Shown here in pieces: positions 21,744 to 33,699 of a stretch of DNA of 64,000 nt (position 1 is the stretch's first letter; each line of letters opens with the position of its first letter). The notes under the pieces are model-generated. The model searched no databases, was not told where the DNA came from, and was given only the letters and a program-made list of their open reading frames with translations. The DNA is from an uncultured Chloroflexia bacterium (lineage in GTDB: Bacteria; Chloroflexota; UBA6077; JACCZL01): contig CAVXYC010000028.1 in NCBI GenBank assembly GCA_963765765.1, forward strand, positions 1 through 64,000, written 5' to 3'. The position numbers were made by a program, and so were the translations under genes.

Positions 21744-21785
21744 CGTGGAGGTGGGTCCACCCTGGCGGAAAACCAGGTGGACCAC

Positions 21786-22283
21786 TCAGCCAGACGCGCA
21801 GTGAGCCTCCACGGTTCCTCTTCCAGGATCGCCCGGGCACCCTAGCACCAGCGTGCGGTTCAGGAGAGCTGGTGCTTCCCGACGTCCCAGGTGCTCGGCT
21901 TCACTTCCCGCGGCGGATCGCCGTACCAGAAGTCCGGGTAGGCCGGTTCGGAGTTGAAACGATCGACTACGGCCCCGGATCCCTGGAATTACAATCTGTA
22001 GAGGCCCCGTGGCTCCAGAGTTCACCCATGACCCGCCCACCAAGAACAAGCACAACACCCGATGTGCCCTCGCCTATCGACTCGGTCCCCCCGTTGGGCG
22101 ATTGAGGCGACCCTCCGAAGATTGCGGTCGTTGCCCCCATGCAATTGGCATCGTCGGTCGGTATTACATTGGAGCCGGGACTGAGTTCGAAGATTGATTC
22201 TCAGCCCACGCTTGCTCTCCGCCCGAAAGTGAACTCAACGCGATGACCGCCCCCACGGCGACCGCTACTACGCGACGTTTCAT
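21786..22283 (-). pseudogene. secreted hypothetical protein (interrupted)
   Basis: AAGGAGG RBS, signal peptide MKRRVVAVAVGAVIALSSL...AWA, broken frames. Confidence 0.45.
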
Positions 22284-22538
22284 ACTCCCCCTCCTTGCTG
22301 ATGTGCGTGCTGTGCTGGTCCAGTGTCGGCGAGCCTGCCTCTGTAGCGGACACTCCGCACTGCCCGCTGCTCGGTCAGTTGGACCGCAGGAGCATAGCCA
22401 AAAGACATGCGTCGGTGCCGCACAATCCCACAGGTCTTCTGATACCACCCCGCCCCGCGGAGGCCGTTTCTCGTCACGCTATGAGGGCGTTTTTCTGACC
22501 CTGCTAAAGAGTTGGCACACGGAGACACCCTGATGTTT

Positions 22539-22597
22539 GCCCCCGTCTGCTACATCTTTCGGGGGCTCTTCAATGCCTATTGACGGGTGCCGGTTTC
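22539..22597. repeat. 59-bp repeat, copy 2
   Basis: Identical to 13781-13839. Confidence 0.92.
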
Positions 22598-22970
22598 CCG
22601 TGCGACGATGCGCACGGACCGAGGTCGTGCAGGCCCCGGTCCATCACCCCGCGAAGCCCTCGGCCGTGCTAACCCACCGGGGGCTTCGCTCTGGGAATCG
22701 CAGGTGCTGTACCACGCCCACACGCCCCCCTGGAGCGCCTCAGCCGGCCCGAGCCCCGTCACCGTCACCGTCTCCAGGAACGCCGTAAGCGATCCCAGGC
22801 CCCAATCGGACGCCCCTCGGCCTCCTGCGAGGCCTGTATAGGCGCCTGCACAGTGCTTGCCCCCTGGACGTTGGGCATCTGCCCAACGTCTGCCCCCTGA
22901 AGTACGAAACCCCCGACCAAGAACCCCAGGCCAAGTTTGTAGCACCACGCGGGCGTACACTAGCGCCATC

Positions 22971-23994
22971 ATGACGCCAACCGGGTCCGCCCGCACCCGT
23001 CGCCGCTTCCTCAGGGGCGGCCTGGCCCTCGCGAGCCTTAATTTGCTCTCTGGCTGTGGAATCGTGTCGCTCCCAGGACAGTCCGCATCCGGCGGGACGA
23101 AGGTTCCTCGGATCGGGTACCTGGCGCCAAGCGCTGCGCCGACAGCCGAGCTCGAGGCGTTCCGCGTAGGCCTGCGCGATCTGGGGTACACGGAGGGCCA
23201 GAACATCGCGATCGAGGTACGCCTGGCGGAGTCGTCGGAGCAGGTTCCAGCCATGGTCGCTGAGCTGGTGGCTCTGCCGGTGGACCTGATTGTGTCGGCC
23301 GGGACGTTGTACACCCAGGCGGTAGTGGGTGCCACGCGCACGACCCCGATCGTCTTCGCCGCCGCGCCCGATCCAGTCCGAACCGGGTTTGTCGCCAGCC
23401 TGGGCCCGGCCCGGCGGGAACGTAACCGGGATGAGCGCCCAGACGCCGCAGGCCATGGGGAAACGTCTGCAGATGCTGCGGGAGCTCGCACCGAGCGCCT
23501 CGCGGTTCATGTTTCTCACCAACGCGATCGCATCCCAGTCTACCGGCGGTCTTCAGGAGGTGGAGCAGGCCGCCCAGTCGCTCGGCGTGCAGCTCATGGC
23601 GCCGGACATTATCACCGCCGCCGATCTCGCAGCCGCCTTGGAGATGGCCGTCGAGGACCATGCCGAAGCACTCCTGGTGAGCGGGTCACCACTCTTCGCA
23701 GGTGAGGTGGGGCGGATCGTTGAATTCGCCAGAGCGCACCGGCTGCCCGTGTTGGCTCAAGACCGCATCTTTCCCGACGCGGGCGGGCTGATTTCCTACG
23801 GGCCGAACCGGCTCGCCCAATTCCGCCGTGTCGCCACGTATGCCGACGAGATCCTCAAGGGCGCCGATCCCGCGGACATGCCGGTGGAGCAGCCCACCGA
23901 GTTCGACCTGGTCATCAACCTCAAGACCGCCCAGGCCCTCGGACTCACGATACCCGCATCCGTGTTGAACCAGGCGACTGAGCTGATCCAGTGA
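22971..23994 (+). CDS. ABC transporter substrate-binding lipoprotein (PF04392-like), Tat signal; frameshift near 23410
   Basis: TRRRFL...LLSGC; FRVGLRDLGYTEGQNI; GGLISYGP; ILKGADPADMPVEQPTEFDLVINLKTAQALGLTIP. Confidence 0.92.
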
Positions 23995-24082
23995 CCTCGT
24001 TCCACCCTCTGCAGCGGCGAGCCCCGTCTCAGCCATCAATCACCGCACGAGCTCCTGGAGCGCCTCATCGGGCCCGAGCCCG

Positions 24083-24601
24083 TCACTCGCTCCAGAACCG
24101 CCACCACGGCCGCTGCTGCGCCCTCGCCAGTTGCTCGCGGAGCTTCTCAATCTGAATCTGCATAGCATCACGCTCCACATGCAGCACGGCGATCGTCTCA
24201 TCCTTCGCTGCGATGGCCTCGTTCTTGGCCGCGATCACCCCTGCATGCATCCCCTGCATGCGCGCCATTTCCCCCTGAAGACTTTCTGAAAGCCGTTCTA
24301 TCTCACGCTCGTGGGCCTCGGCTTGGTGCTGTAGGAGAATCACCACGGCGCTCGCATCCGTCTGGGCTGGCGGCTCGACGTATGCAGGGAGTGCTAACGG
24401 GGGTGCAGCATCCGGGGCAGCCTGGGGTGCGGGCGCATCGTCCGGAATCTCCACCAGGATCTTGTACCCACCGCGGGGCAGGTTCTCGTGCTCAGTCGCG
24501 AGGTAGCGCGGATCCTCGGGCTCGAGCCGCGTCCGGCGCTTGATCGTATCGACGCTACAGCGCAGACGGTCGGCCGCTTCCTTCATCGGCACCCAGGCCA
24601 T
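24083..24601 (-). CDS. HTH / coiled-coil / Trp-rich-tail protein, paralog 3
   Basis: WVPMKEAADRLRCSVDTIKRR; IAAKNEAIAAKDETIAVL; QRPWWRFWSE*. Confidence 0.85.
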   Translation of the reverse strand: MAWVPMKEAADRLRCSVDTIKRRTRLEPEDPRYLATEHENLPRGGYKILVEIPDDAPAPQAAPDAAPPLALPAYVEPPAQTDASAVVILLQHQAEAHEREIERLSESLQGEMARMQGMHAGVIAAKNEAIAAKDETIAVLHVERDAMQIQIEKLREQLARAQQRPWWRFWSE

Positions 24602-24885
24602 GCACACCCCCTAGCACGCATCCCCTGCACGGTAGCGCAGTGCATCCCCAGCAGTTCAAGGGTGCAGCGTCACGTTTGCGCCCCCAAGCAGCCAGGGGGC
24701 AGCACCGGGTGCAGAGGGTGCAGGACAGCAAAAGAGGCCCGTTTTGGGCCTCCGTGGTAACCATAGTGGTGATTATCGTTCTCAACAGAACGGGGAGCCT
24801 TTCCTATATTGACGAATCAGACAGTACCGACCCACTGGTACTGGCCTGCACTCGGCCGTGAAGAAATCGCGCTACACTGGTGCCG

Positions 24886-26000
24886 ATGCAGCGGTTTACA
24901 CCAACGAGTGTAGGTGCTCTTGTAGTCGTGGCTGTCTTGGTGCTGATCGGTGTGATCATCGTGGTCCGGGCCGGGCAGGAAGCTGGACTGATCAGACCCA
25001 GCGCACTACCGCACTCCGTACTGCGATCGGAGGGATGGTGGTGGCCAAGCCTGGTCCAAACCAGCCAGTAGACCGGCTACCAAGGACTATCTCGCCATCG
25101 AGAAGGACCGCCTCGGGCTCGAGAAGGATCTGCTCCAGATAGAATCGTTCCGGTCGCATCGCCTTCGCGCAAGTTGCTGTCGGTCTGGCCGTCGCCGTAG
25201 TAGGGCTCGCCAACGTGTGGTTCACCCCGAAAAAATCTGTACTTCACGTCGCAGAATCTGGAAGTCGCGAACCGGACGCTCCAGACTAACCAGCTGGGCC
25301 AGGTCACCGACCGGTTCACCAAGGCAATCGACCAACTTGGGCGCACCGTCAATGGGGGGACGACAGGAAGGCCGAACCGAACATCGAAATCCGACTCGGC
25401 GGTATCTACGCCTTGGAACGCATTGGCCTGACTCGCGGGGCTCAGATGACGATTACTTGCCCCTAGTTGCCGAGGTGCTTGCAGCGTACGTGCGCGAGAA
25501 CGTGCCGCGTGCTCGAGACTGAGATCAAAAAAAATGACATCTCAGCCACGAGTCGACGTCCAAACGACCTCCACCGTACTCGGTAGACTCGAACGGAGCG
25601 GCCTATCGTGTTGACCGGCATCAATCTGGTCGGGGTTGACCTGCGGAGTGCCATCCTGACTAGAGCCAACCTCTCAGGAACTGTTCTGTTCGGGGCCAAC
25701 CTATCCGGGGCCAATACTATCCGGGGCGAGCCTGCCCGGGGTCACCGCTGCTCGGGGACCTGAGGCGCGTCAAACTGACCGACGCTAATTTGATGGGGGT
25801 AGACGGGCCCGGGACCAACCTGACCGGGGCCAACCTGGTTAGGGCAAATCTGACTGTGGCCAAACTTTCCGAAAGCTTCTTGTCCATGGCTAACCTGTAC
25901 AGGGGCCGTACGGGCGGTGTCTCCGGAGCGAATTGATCTTGGCCAATCTGGCCGAAGCCAACCTGGTCAACGCCAATCTGACCGAGGCCGAGTTGGAATG
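24886..26000 (+). CDS. membrane-anchored pentapeptide-repeat protein (frameshifted)
   Basis: TM segments; QVTDRFTKAIDQLG; EIRLGGIYALERI; ANLSG/ANLVR/ANL repeats. Confidence 0.85.
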
Positions 26001-26193
26001 GGAAACGATTGCCACCGCCTTTCCCATTTCCCGTACCACGCAACTGCCAAGTAGCGTTACCGTTCCTTCCTCACATCCTAGCTGCACTCGCAGCTTTAGA
26101 GGATAACCTCGCAGCATTCCGCCCGATTGATGTCCCAGCTCCTACCGGGTTTCCTTGAGGCGCCCAAGCTCATTCGGGTCAGCGAAGCTCTTG

Positions 26194-26229
26194 GGAGTTG
26201 CTAAGCCTCGTTATGAAAACCAGACGTAA
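26194..26229. other. site B copy
   Basis: GGAGTTGCTAA-GCCTCG-TTATGAAAACC-AGACGTAA. Confidence 0.6.
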
Positions 26230-26250
26230 TCTGAGCACCCTGAGCGCTGC

Positions 26251-26496
26251 TCAGAGAAGATGCGTCTCCGGGGCTCGCTCCAGCAGTCGCTCGGCCACGT
26301 ACCGACGCGGCATGCGCAACACCCCGGCAATTTGGACGATCCGAGTCACATTGAACGCCGAGCGCCCGGTCTCCCAGAGGTGCCACGCCTGAGACGCGAT
26401 GCCGAGATCCCGAGCGATCTCCTCCACCGGCCGACCGCTCTCGATGCGCAAGCCCTTCAGTCGTGCGCCCACCTGTTGTGAACGCGGCGTGATCAT
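26251..26496 (-). CDS. XRE-family HTH regulator
   Basis: VGARLKGLRIESG...EIARDLGIASQAWHLWETGR. Confidence 0.85.
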   Translation of the reverse strand: MITPRSQQVGARLKGLRIESGRPVEEIARDLGIASQAWHLWETGRSAFNVTRIVQIAGVLRMPRRYVAERLLERAPETHLL

Positions 26497-26504
26497 CCCC
26501 GGCT

Positions 26505-26710
26505 CAGCCGTCCCTCAGCACCTATTGTTCCATGCGCTCGGCCAGGCAGAACAGGTCCGCTGACTTTAGCTGGGTCGGCTGGCGCAGAACGCCGCGGCGC
26601 TCTTGATGCAGCTCTCGTGGACGATGCGGAGGTCTTACTGTGCAGGACCACCCCCCGAGGCCGTATCTCGTGCATCTGTGTGGCTGTCCTTCAATTCTGG
26701 CGGGTTCAGG
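26505..26710 (-). pseudogene. gene 'S' 3' half, cut at motif A
   Basis: LNPPELKDSHTDARDTASG aligns with LNAPESPQGHTDARHTASG at about 19020-19080; ends LFCLAERMEQ. Confidence 0.8.
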
Positions 26711-26808
26711 GTTGATTGGAAACCCAAACTCCCTCCTTACTCAACCAAGCTAACGGCCCCATCGGACTTACGCTATCCTGACTAGCGATAAGGGACCGTT
26801 ATCACTAG
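26711..26808. other. motif A followed by a near-perfect inverted-repeat recombinase core
   Basis: CTAGCGATAA-GGGACCG-TTATCACTAG at 26782-26808 (9/10 inverted arms, 7-bp spacer). Confidence 0.65.
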
Positions 26809-26972
26809 CTAGAGGTGGAAATGCATCGGTACGAATCCATGTCTATCGAAATCTGGGAAAACGAGCGCGCTCCCGGCACGTACCTGCTTGAGCGAGAAAT
26901 CCCATGAGCGCCAGCCCTACCGGAATGAACATTCCGTGATCATTTGACGCAAGGCTAGTTACACTAAGCAGC

Positions 26973-27687
26973 ATGGTTCCCGTCGTCCACTGGGTTGGGA
27001 AAACCCTTGCGCGTGCCCTCGATCTCTATGGCCGCGCATTGGCAGTTTGGCAGCTCGGCGGCGCGATCGTGGTGGCGACGGTGATCAGCCCGGTGCTGCA
27101 ACCGTCATTGATGGCTTCCCTATCTGTGGCTTCAGGCGACGCTGTTTTTGGGCGTGTTTCTGCTCGTTCTGCCGATGTTTGGACGCCTTGCGTGGTGGTT
27201 ATTGGGAGTAACGGGACGCGACGATAGGGCGGATCAAGAATCGCGAGGCGCTGCTGGTCGTCGACCCGTGGATAAGGGTACCGTGGATACCGAGCTACCA
27301 TTCATGCAGAGTGGTTTACGCACACAAGCGGGTCTCGCTGTCACAACGATCCGTGACTATGGCGTGCCCGCTGGATTCCTGACAGGTGTGACTTGTTCGG
27401 TGCGGGGCCGGATGGCGGCGGTGCTAGCGAGTGGAATTACGCCGCAGCGGCAGAAGACACGGTATGGCAGCGGCTGGATCTATGAATACACAGCCAGATT
27501 CCCAGCCGACTTCCCGTCCATTGGGCATGCCGTGAGCGGGGCGTATGCCGTCACGTGGCAGGCCGATAATCCGAACACTCCGGGGGTGAAGCGAACGCTT
27601 TTCACGCAGGCATTCCAGTACGGAAGTGGCGATGCCCAACAGCGGGCCTTCATGGACAGCTCTATTCGGGTGGATTTCGGTGACTAG
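26973..27687 (+). CDS. membrane-anchored hypothetical protein (frameshifted)
   Basis: TACACT 7 nt before ATG; two TM segments then a soluble domain. Confidence 0.5.
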
Positions 27688-28055
27688 CCAACAAGTTGAG
27701 CATAGGGCAGGTTTTTTGAACCAATGAGTCGTAGGAGGGTGTCACGGAACAGGTAGGCGTTTGTGACGGTTGTTGAAGCGGAATGCCATTTCATGAGGTG
27801 GCCTCTAGGTGCTTATGGCTCAAATGGTGGTAGCTGCCGATGATCGAGCGCTTGAACAGGCTCCAGACGCCTTCCACGCCGTTAGTATGCACGTCACCGC
27901 GTACCCATACTTCAGTCCGATGGTTGACGGTTTCATGGACTATGTTCTCGTCGGAAAGGTTGCCGTAGGCAGGCCACTCGTCAGTATAGATTGCCACGCA
28001 CTCATCGGGAGCGATGGTGTCACAGACGAACGTGTGGAGAACAAGACGTGTGCGT
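27685..28055 (-). mobile_element. IS1595-family transposase, C-terminal remnant
   Basis: IYTDEWPAY...HETVNH...WVRGDVHTNGVEGVWSLFKRSIIGSYHHLSHKHL. Confidence 0.9.
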
Positions 28056-28130
28056 GGGGAAAACGAGTTCGGCCAAGTCGCACCGCTATTGGATCGAGCC
28101 GTCGAGGCTGCGGCGGCTCTCTCGACGACT

Positions 28131-31100
28131 CTAGGGAAAGCGGCTGTTGAGATCGGCAAAGCATCCGGCCCTCTGCCAGAGGTCACGGTTCCCCACGACT
28201 ACAACACCTCCCTCGAACGCGTCACTGCAACGTTCAAGAGGTTGGGTCGACCGCCAGCCCAATTCCGCGCACCGGTCTGTGCTGGATACGGCGCTCCGAG
28301 CACGAGAATGACGGCTTCCGCTTCGCGACCCTGGGCGGTATGAACGGTCCCGATTCGCTCGTGACACCATCGGCGAGGGTCGTCCACAGGAGTACCGTCT
28401 AACACGCCACTTTGGATGACGAGTCGCCGTAGGTGGTCTGCCACGATCACGAACGGGGAGATGATGTAGAGCTCCGGGGCAATCCCATTCGCGGTCAACT
28501 GACCGGAGCAAGGCGACGACCGCTTCCCCTTCTTCACGACACCACTTATCCTCTCCTGTCCCCTGAACATGGAACCAGGCAGATGGGCCCAGCGCATCTC
28601 GAATCGCCGATCGGTTGGGCGCCTTAGCCTGCACCATCAGCCCCGAGTAAGCGATCGCGTTCGCGATGCCAAACATGGGCTCGGAACAGCGCCGGTGGAC
28701 CAGCAATGGAACGCCTACATCGCGGCTGCCCAATCGGGTTTCGAACTGGCTGGTATAGGGCGATGCTGAGTCCGCCAAGGTCTGCGCCGACGCCATCGGT
28801 GCCGAATAGATGTCCGGATCGACGCCGAGTCGCCGGCAAATCGCCTGGCCCAAGGCGTCCGGAAGCGTCACCACGGGCTCGATCTGCGCGGGATCTCCCA
28901 CGAAGATTGCGCGACGGCACCGAAGGAGCGCCCCCACCGCGGCCTGGGGCAATGCCTGGCCTGCCTCGTCCACGAACAGCCAGCCGAGGCTCTGCGGCGG
29001 CAACTTGCCGAGCATCCGATGGACCGAGGCGAATGTGGTGGAGATGAGGGGCACTACCAGGAACAGGGATGCCCACAAGTCGGGCAGCAGTGCCTGCCGC
29101 TCGGCTCCCTGAAGTGTCTGGGTGGTGAAAGCCTGCATTAGCGCATTCAGGTTATGTCGCAAGGGTTTGGCAGCGGCATCAATGAAGGCGCGGTGCAGTT
29201 CCATCGCAGCCACGAAGACATCATCACGAGCACGCTGCGCCTCCGGCGGGAACCAGGGGTGAGTCGTTGACGAATCTCGTGCTCTAGCTCAAAAAAGCTG
29301 TTGTCTATGAGCACGATCCCGGCGTGTTCGCGCGCATTGGTAATTCGCCTGTCCGCCTCCTGAAATCGATCCCGCGCCGCATGCGCATCGGGCCTCTGCG
29401 GACCGCCGATCCTGCTCGGCTTCGTGCACTCGCCGTTCCATGTCACGACTCTTTACTGCTAGGGCGGCCCGACGTTCCTCAGCTTGGAGTGCATCAACGC
29501 TGAGGGTCTCGCTGACGCGTCTCCCAGTCGCGCGCCACTGGCCTTCTGAAGAGCCGTGACCAGAATCCCGGTCGGCACACGTCGTGAAGTGCGTACCGCC
29601 TCTGCAGTTTCGCTGGCTCGTCGAGACTGGTCCGTTTCAGCAGATTGGGCATCAGAGAATGAGGTTCTCGCGAACTGAGCAGTTTCCTCGGCGATCCTGA
29701 ATGTTGATTCGGCCGCCGCCTGTTCATCTTTGAGCGACGGCAGCTTCAGGAGATCGCCTCGCAGCCCCTCCAGCCACTCTCGCGATTCGCGGCCCCGCTT
29801 TATCGCCTCCAAAAAGCGCTTGCGGGCGCGGCGCCATCGGACAAGGGCTTCCTCGTGCGTTCGAGGTGGGCGTTCCTGTGTCACGATCCGGGGTTGACGT
29901 TCCACGATAATGCCCGTCTGCGGATCAGTGACCTGCACCTTGCGAGGTGATCCGACGATGGTGGCGAGATACGTGTTCAACCCTGTGTCGTCGTCCCACC
30001 AAAACGTCTGGCGAAAGCGTGCACGATTCTGCATATTGCCAAGGACTGCGGCAATTGTCCCCCACGTATCGCGTTTGAGCAGCCCATCCGACAATGTCGC
30101 GAGATACCGAAGGTCATCCGCATCGGCGGCAATCGCCTCCACGCCGGGCAGTTCGGAGCTGACGTTTTCTACTGCGCGGTTATTTGAAGACGCGACCACC
30201 ATCTCAAAGCCTCGTATGGAGGAATGAAGTCGATAGAGATGGATCCAGGCGTTCCCGGCCCGCAGTTGTTGCCCCGAGTGGTCGAATGCCTTTTCGGGAT
30301 CATCGAATTGGGCGAGCGCCTCGGCACGCTCGGCGACTACGCCGGCAACGAGATCACGCAGTAACGTCGTTTCCCCGGTTCCCGGCGGTCCATTGATTCC
30401 CAGCACCGGGTCGGTTCGGCCTCCGCTAAGGGCTACATTCACCGCCGCCTGTTGGAGAAGCGCTAGAGGGTGCCGGGCAGGGCCAGGCCAGCGCGCCAGA
30501 GGCGTTATGGCGGGTGCTACCGCGAGGTCGAGCGCCGAGCGGTCATTCAGCAAGTCCATGCGCCGATCGGGTCGTTCCACACCCAGATATCGTCTCAGCG
30601 TTTGGGGCGCAGATTCCTGAACAAGAAGGTCTCGCGCCGCTGCCAGGTCCTCAAGATAGAAGCTGTTGAGGAGCAGTGGCTCGGGAGGATTTGAGTCTCG
30701 AAAGTGGACGTAGGATCTGACTGCGATGCTTGGCGGCTCCAACCACGCATCGGGAAGTTTGAGACTGTCCACCAGCACTCGATACGCCGCCATCAGGCGA
30801 TCCCGCGTGATCGGGCCTGGCCGTCCATCATCCTCTGGCGCCGAGGCGGCTGGACCGAGCAGGGCGTGCTCGATTGTCTCTGTTAACCGTCGCTCCACAT
30901 CCTTCCAATGTGCAAGGGCAGCGAGGTCACCTTGCAAGGCGGTCATCACCCCCCAACCGAAGCTTGAAATTCCGACTGCGGGGGACTCCACGGGCCGACC
31001 GTCGCGATCGAGAATGACGAGCGCGAGGGCAGCCCGTCCCGCACCTGTGGCCGTTCCTCGCGACTGTCTCCATACATGGCAAGCAACTGACTGCACCGGC

Positions 31101-31650
31101 GGTTCCAGCGCAATCGAGCCCAAGATCACCTGGTCGTACAAACGTGCACCAGGTCGTCCTCCGCCGCCCCGCTCCCAGGGCAGTTCGTTTTCGCCTAGGG
31201 CGGCACTCGGACTCGAGTCTCCTCCGACAAGGTCAGCAGGACGGACGAACGAAGGCGGTGAGAGCACCTCCAAAGCCGTCCAGGAGGCAAGAATCTCAGT
31301 GGCGCGATTGGAGATCGGGGGCTGTGGCGCTGTCGATACCGGGGCGGAGGTGGGACCGCAGCACCGCCTTCGACGGGTTCGGAACGATCAGCGGATGGGC
31401 TGGCTGGTGGACTTACGGTCGGGCAAGGCAGAGTGGCAATTTCCTGATCGTCTGAGGTGCCTATGACTGGGGTTCTGCCCCGCAACTCCTTCAGGCGAGC
31501 CTTCACCAGTTGGTGGAGCCGCTTCGATCGGTCCCTAGTGCGGTGCTCGAGCTCAGCGTCAAGGAGGTCAAGACCCGTTGGATCATCGCGGTGGTCCTTG
31601 AAGAACTGCTCAAGGACGTGAATGCCGGAACTGAAGAGTGGGCGTTCCAT
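28131..31650 (-). CDS. large SF1 (DNA2/NAM7-like, AAA_11/AAA_12) helicase, several frameshifts
   Basis: GINGPPGTGETTLL (Walker A), VASSNNRAVEN, VDEAGQA, VGDPAQIEPV, LLVHRRC, IISPF, GTVHTAQGREA, NLLNVAVTR. Confidence 0.9.
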
Positions 31651-31984
31651 AGCCTCCGAATCTCAGGCCGCTGGGAGTCACGCGAAGTGGACATCACGCA
31701 GGTGGTGCACTTTAGGTCCGAAAACCTTTTCATGCAACCTGTGGACAACTGACCTCAGTTCCCTGCCCAGTTTCTCCATAGGACCAAAGCTAGTTTCATC
31801 TGAGGCGGCAGGGCGCTGTGCGTTCCGACACCCTTTGCCTTACCACCCCAGCCCTCGCATTGATGAACGTGCTCTGTCGCGAGCGCAGTGACTTCGGACC
31901 GAAGTGCCGACAGCCGATAGCGTCGCCCCGATAGCTGGCAGCCATTCTTAGACCAGAAAAGCACTGTCCAGCACTCCCCACTTG

Positions 31985-33237
<1,253 letters not shown>

Positions 33238-33421
33238 CAGCACATTCCCAGTCCGCTAAGCTGGAAATTGAAGCCCTTAGGATCGGGCACCGGGATACCG
33301 ACCCGCCCGCACGATGACCGGAAAGCGGATACATCCGCCACCTTGCCGCGACGGCCCTCAATCGAGCAAGGCCCGTTATCCGTCTGGGCTTTTATCGTTT
33401 CGTAGACCCGAGAGAACCACC

Positions 33422-33661
33422 ATGCCAGCGAAGAACCTATCACCCCTGCAACTCTACTTGCCCCACTCCGCCCTGGCCATGCTGCGGGATGTGGCAGCTG
33501 CAGACGACCGAACCGTGGCGAATTGGGCTCGACGCGTGATCTTGCGCGAGCTTGCCGCTGTACAGAAGCCGAAGTGCAGGAAGGTTATCGATCACAAGAC
33601 GGGCGCCGCGGCCCATAATGAGCATTACGACCCGCGAGAAAAATACGAGAACGTGAATTGA
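33422..33661 (+). CDS. ribbon-helix-helix (CopG-like) protein
   Basis: LQLYLPHSALAMLRDVAAADDRTVANWARRVILREL. Confidence 0.7.
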   Translation: MPAKNLSPLQLYLPHSALAMLRDVAAADDRTVANWARRVILRELAAVQKPKCRKVIDHKTGAAAHNEHYDPREKYENVN

Positions 33662-33699
33662 TGACATAAACGAAAGACGTTGCTCCAGACACTCCACCC

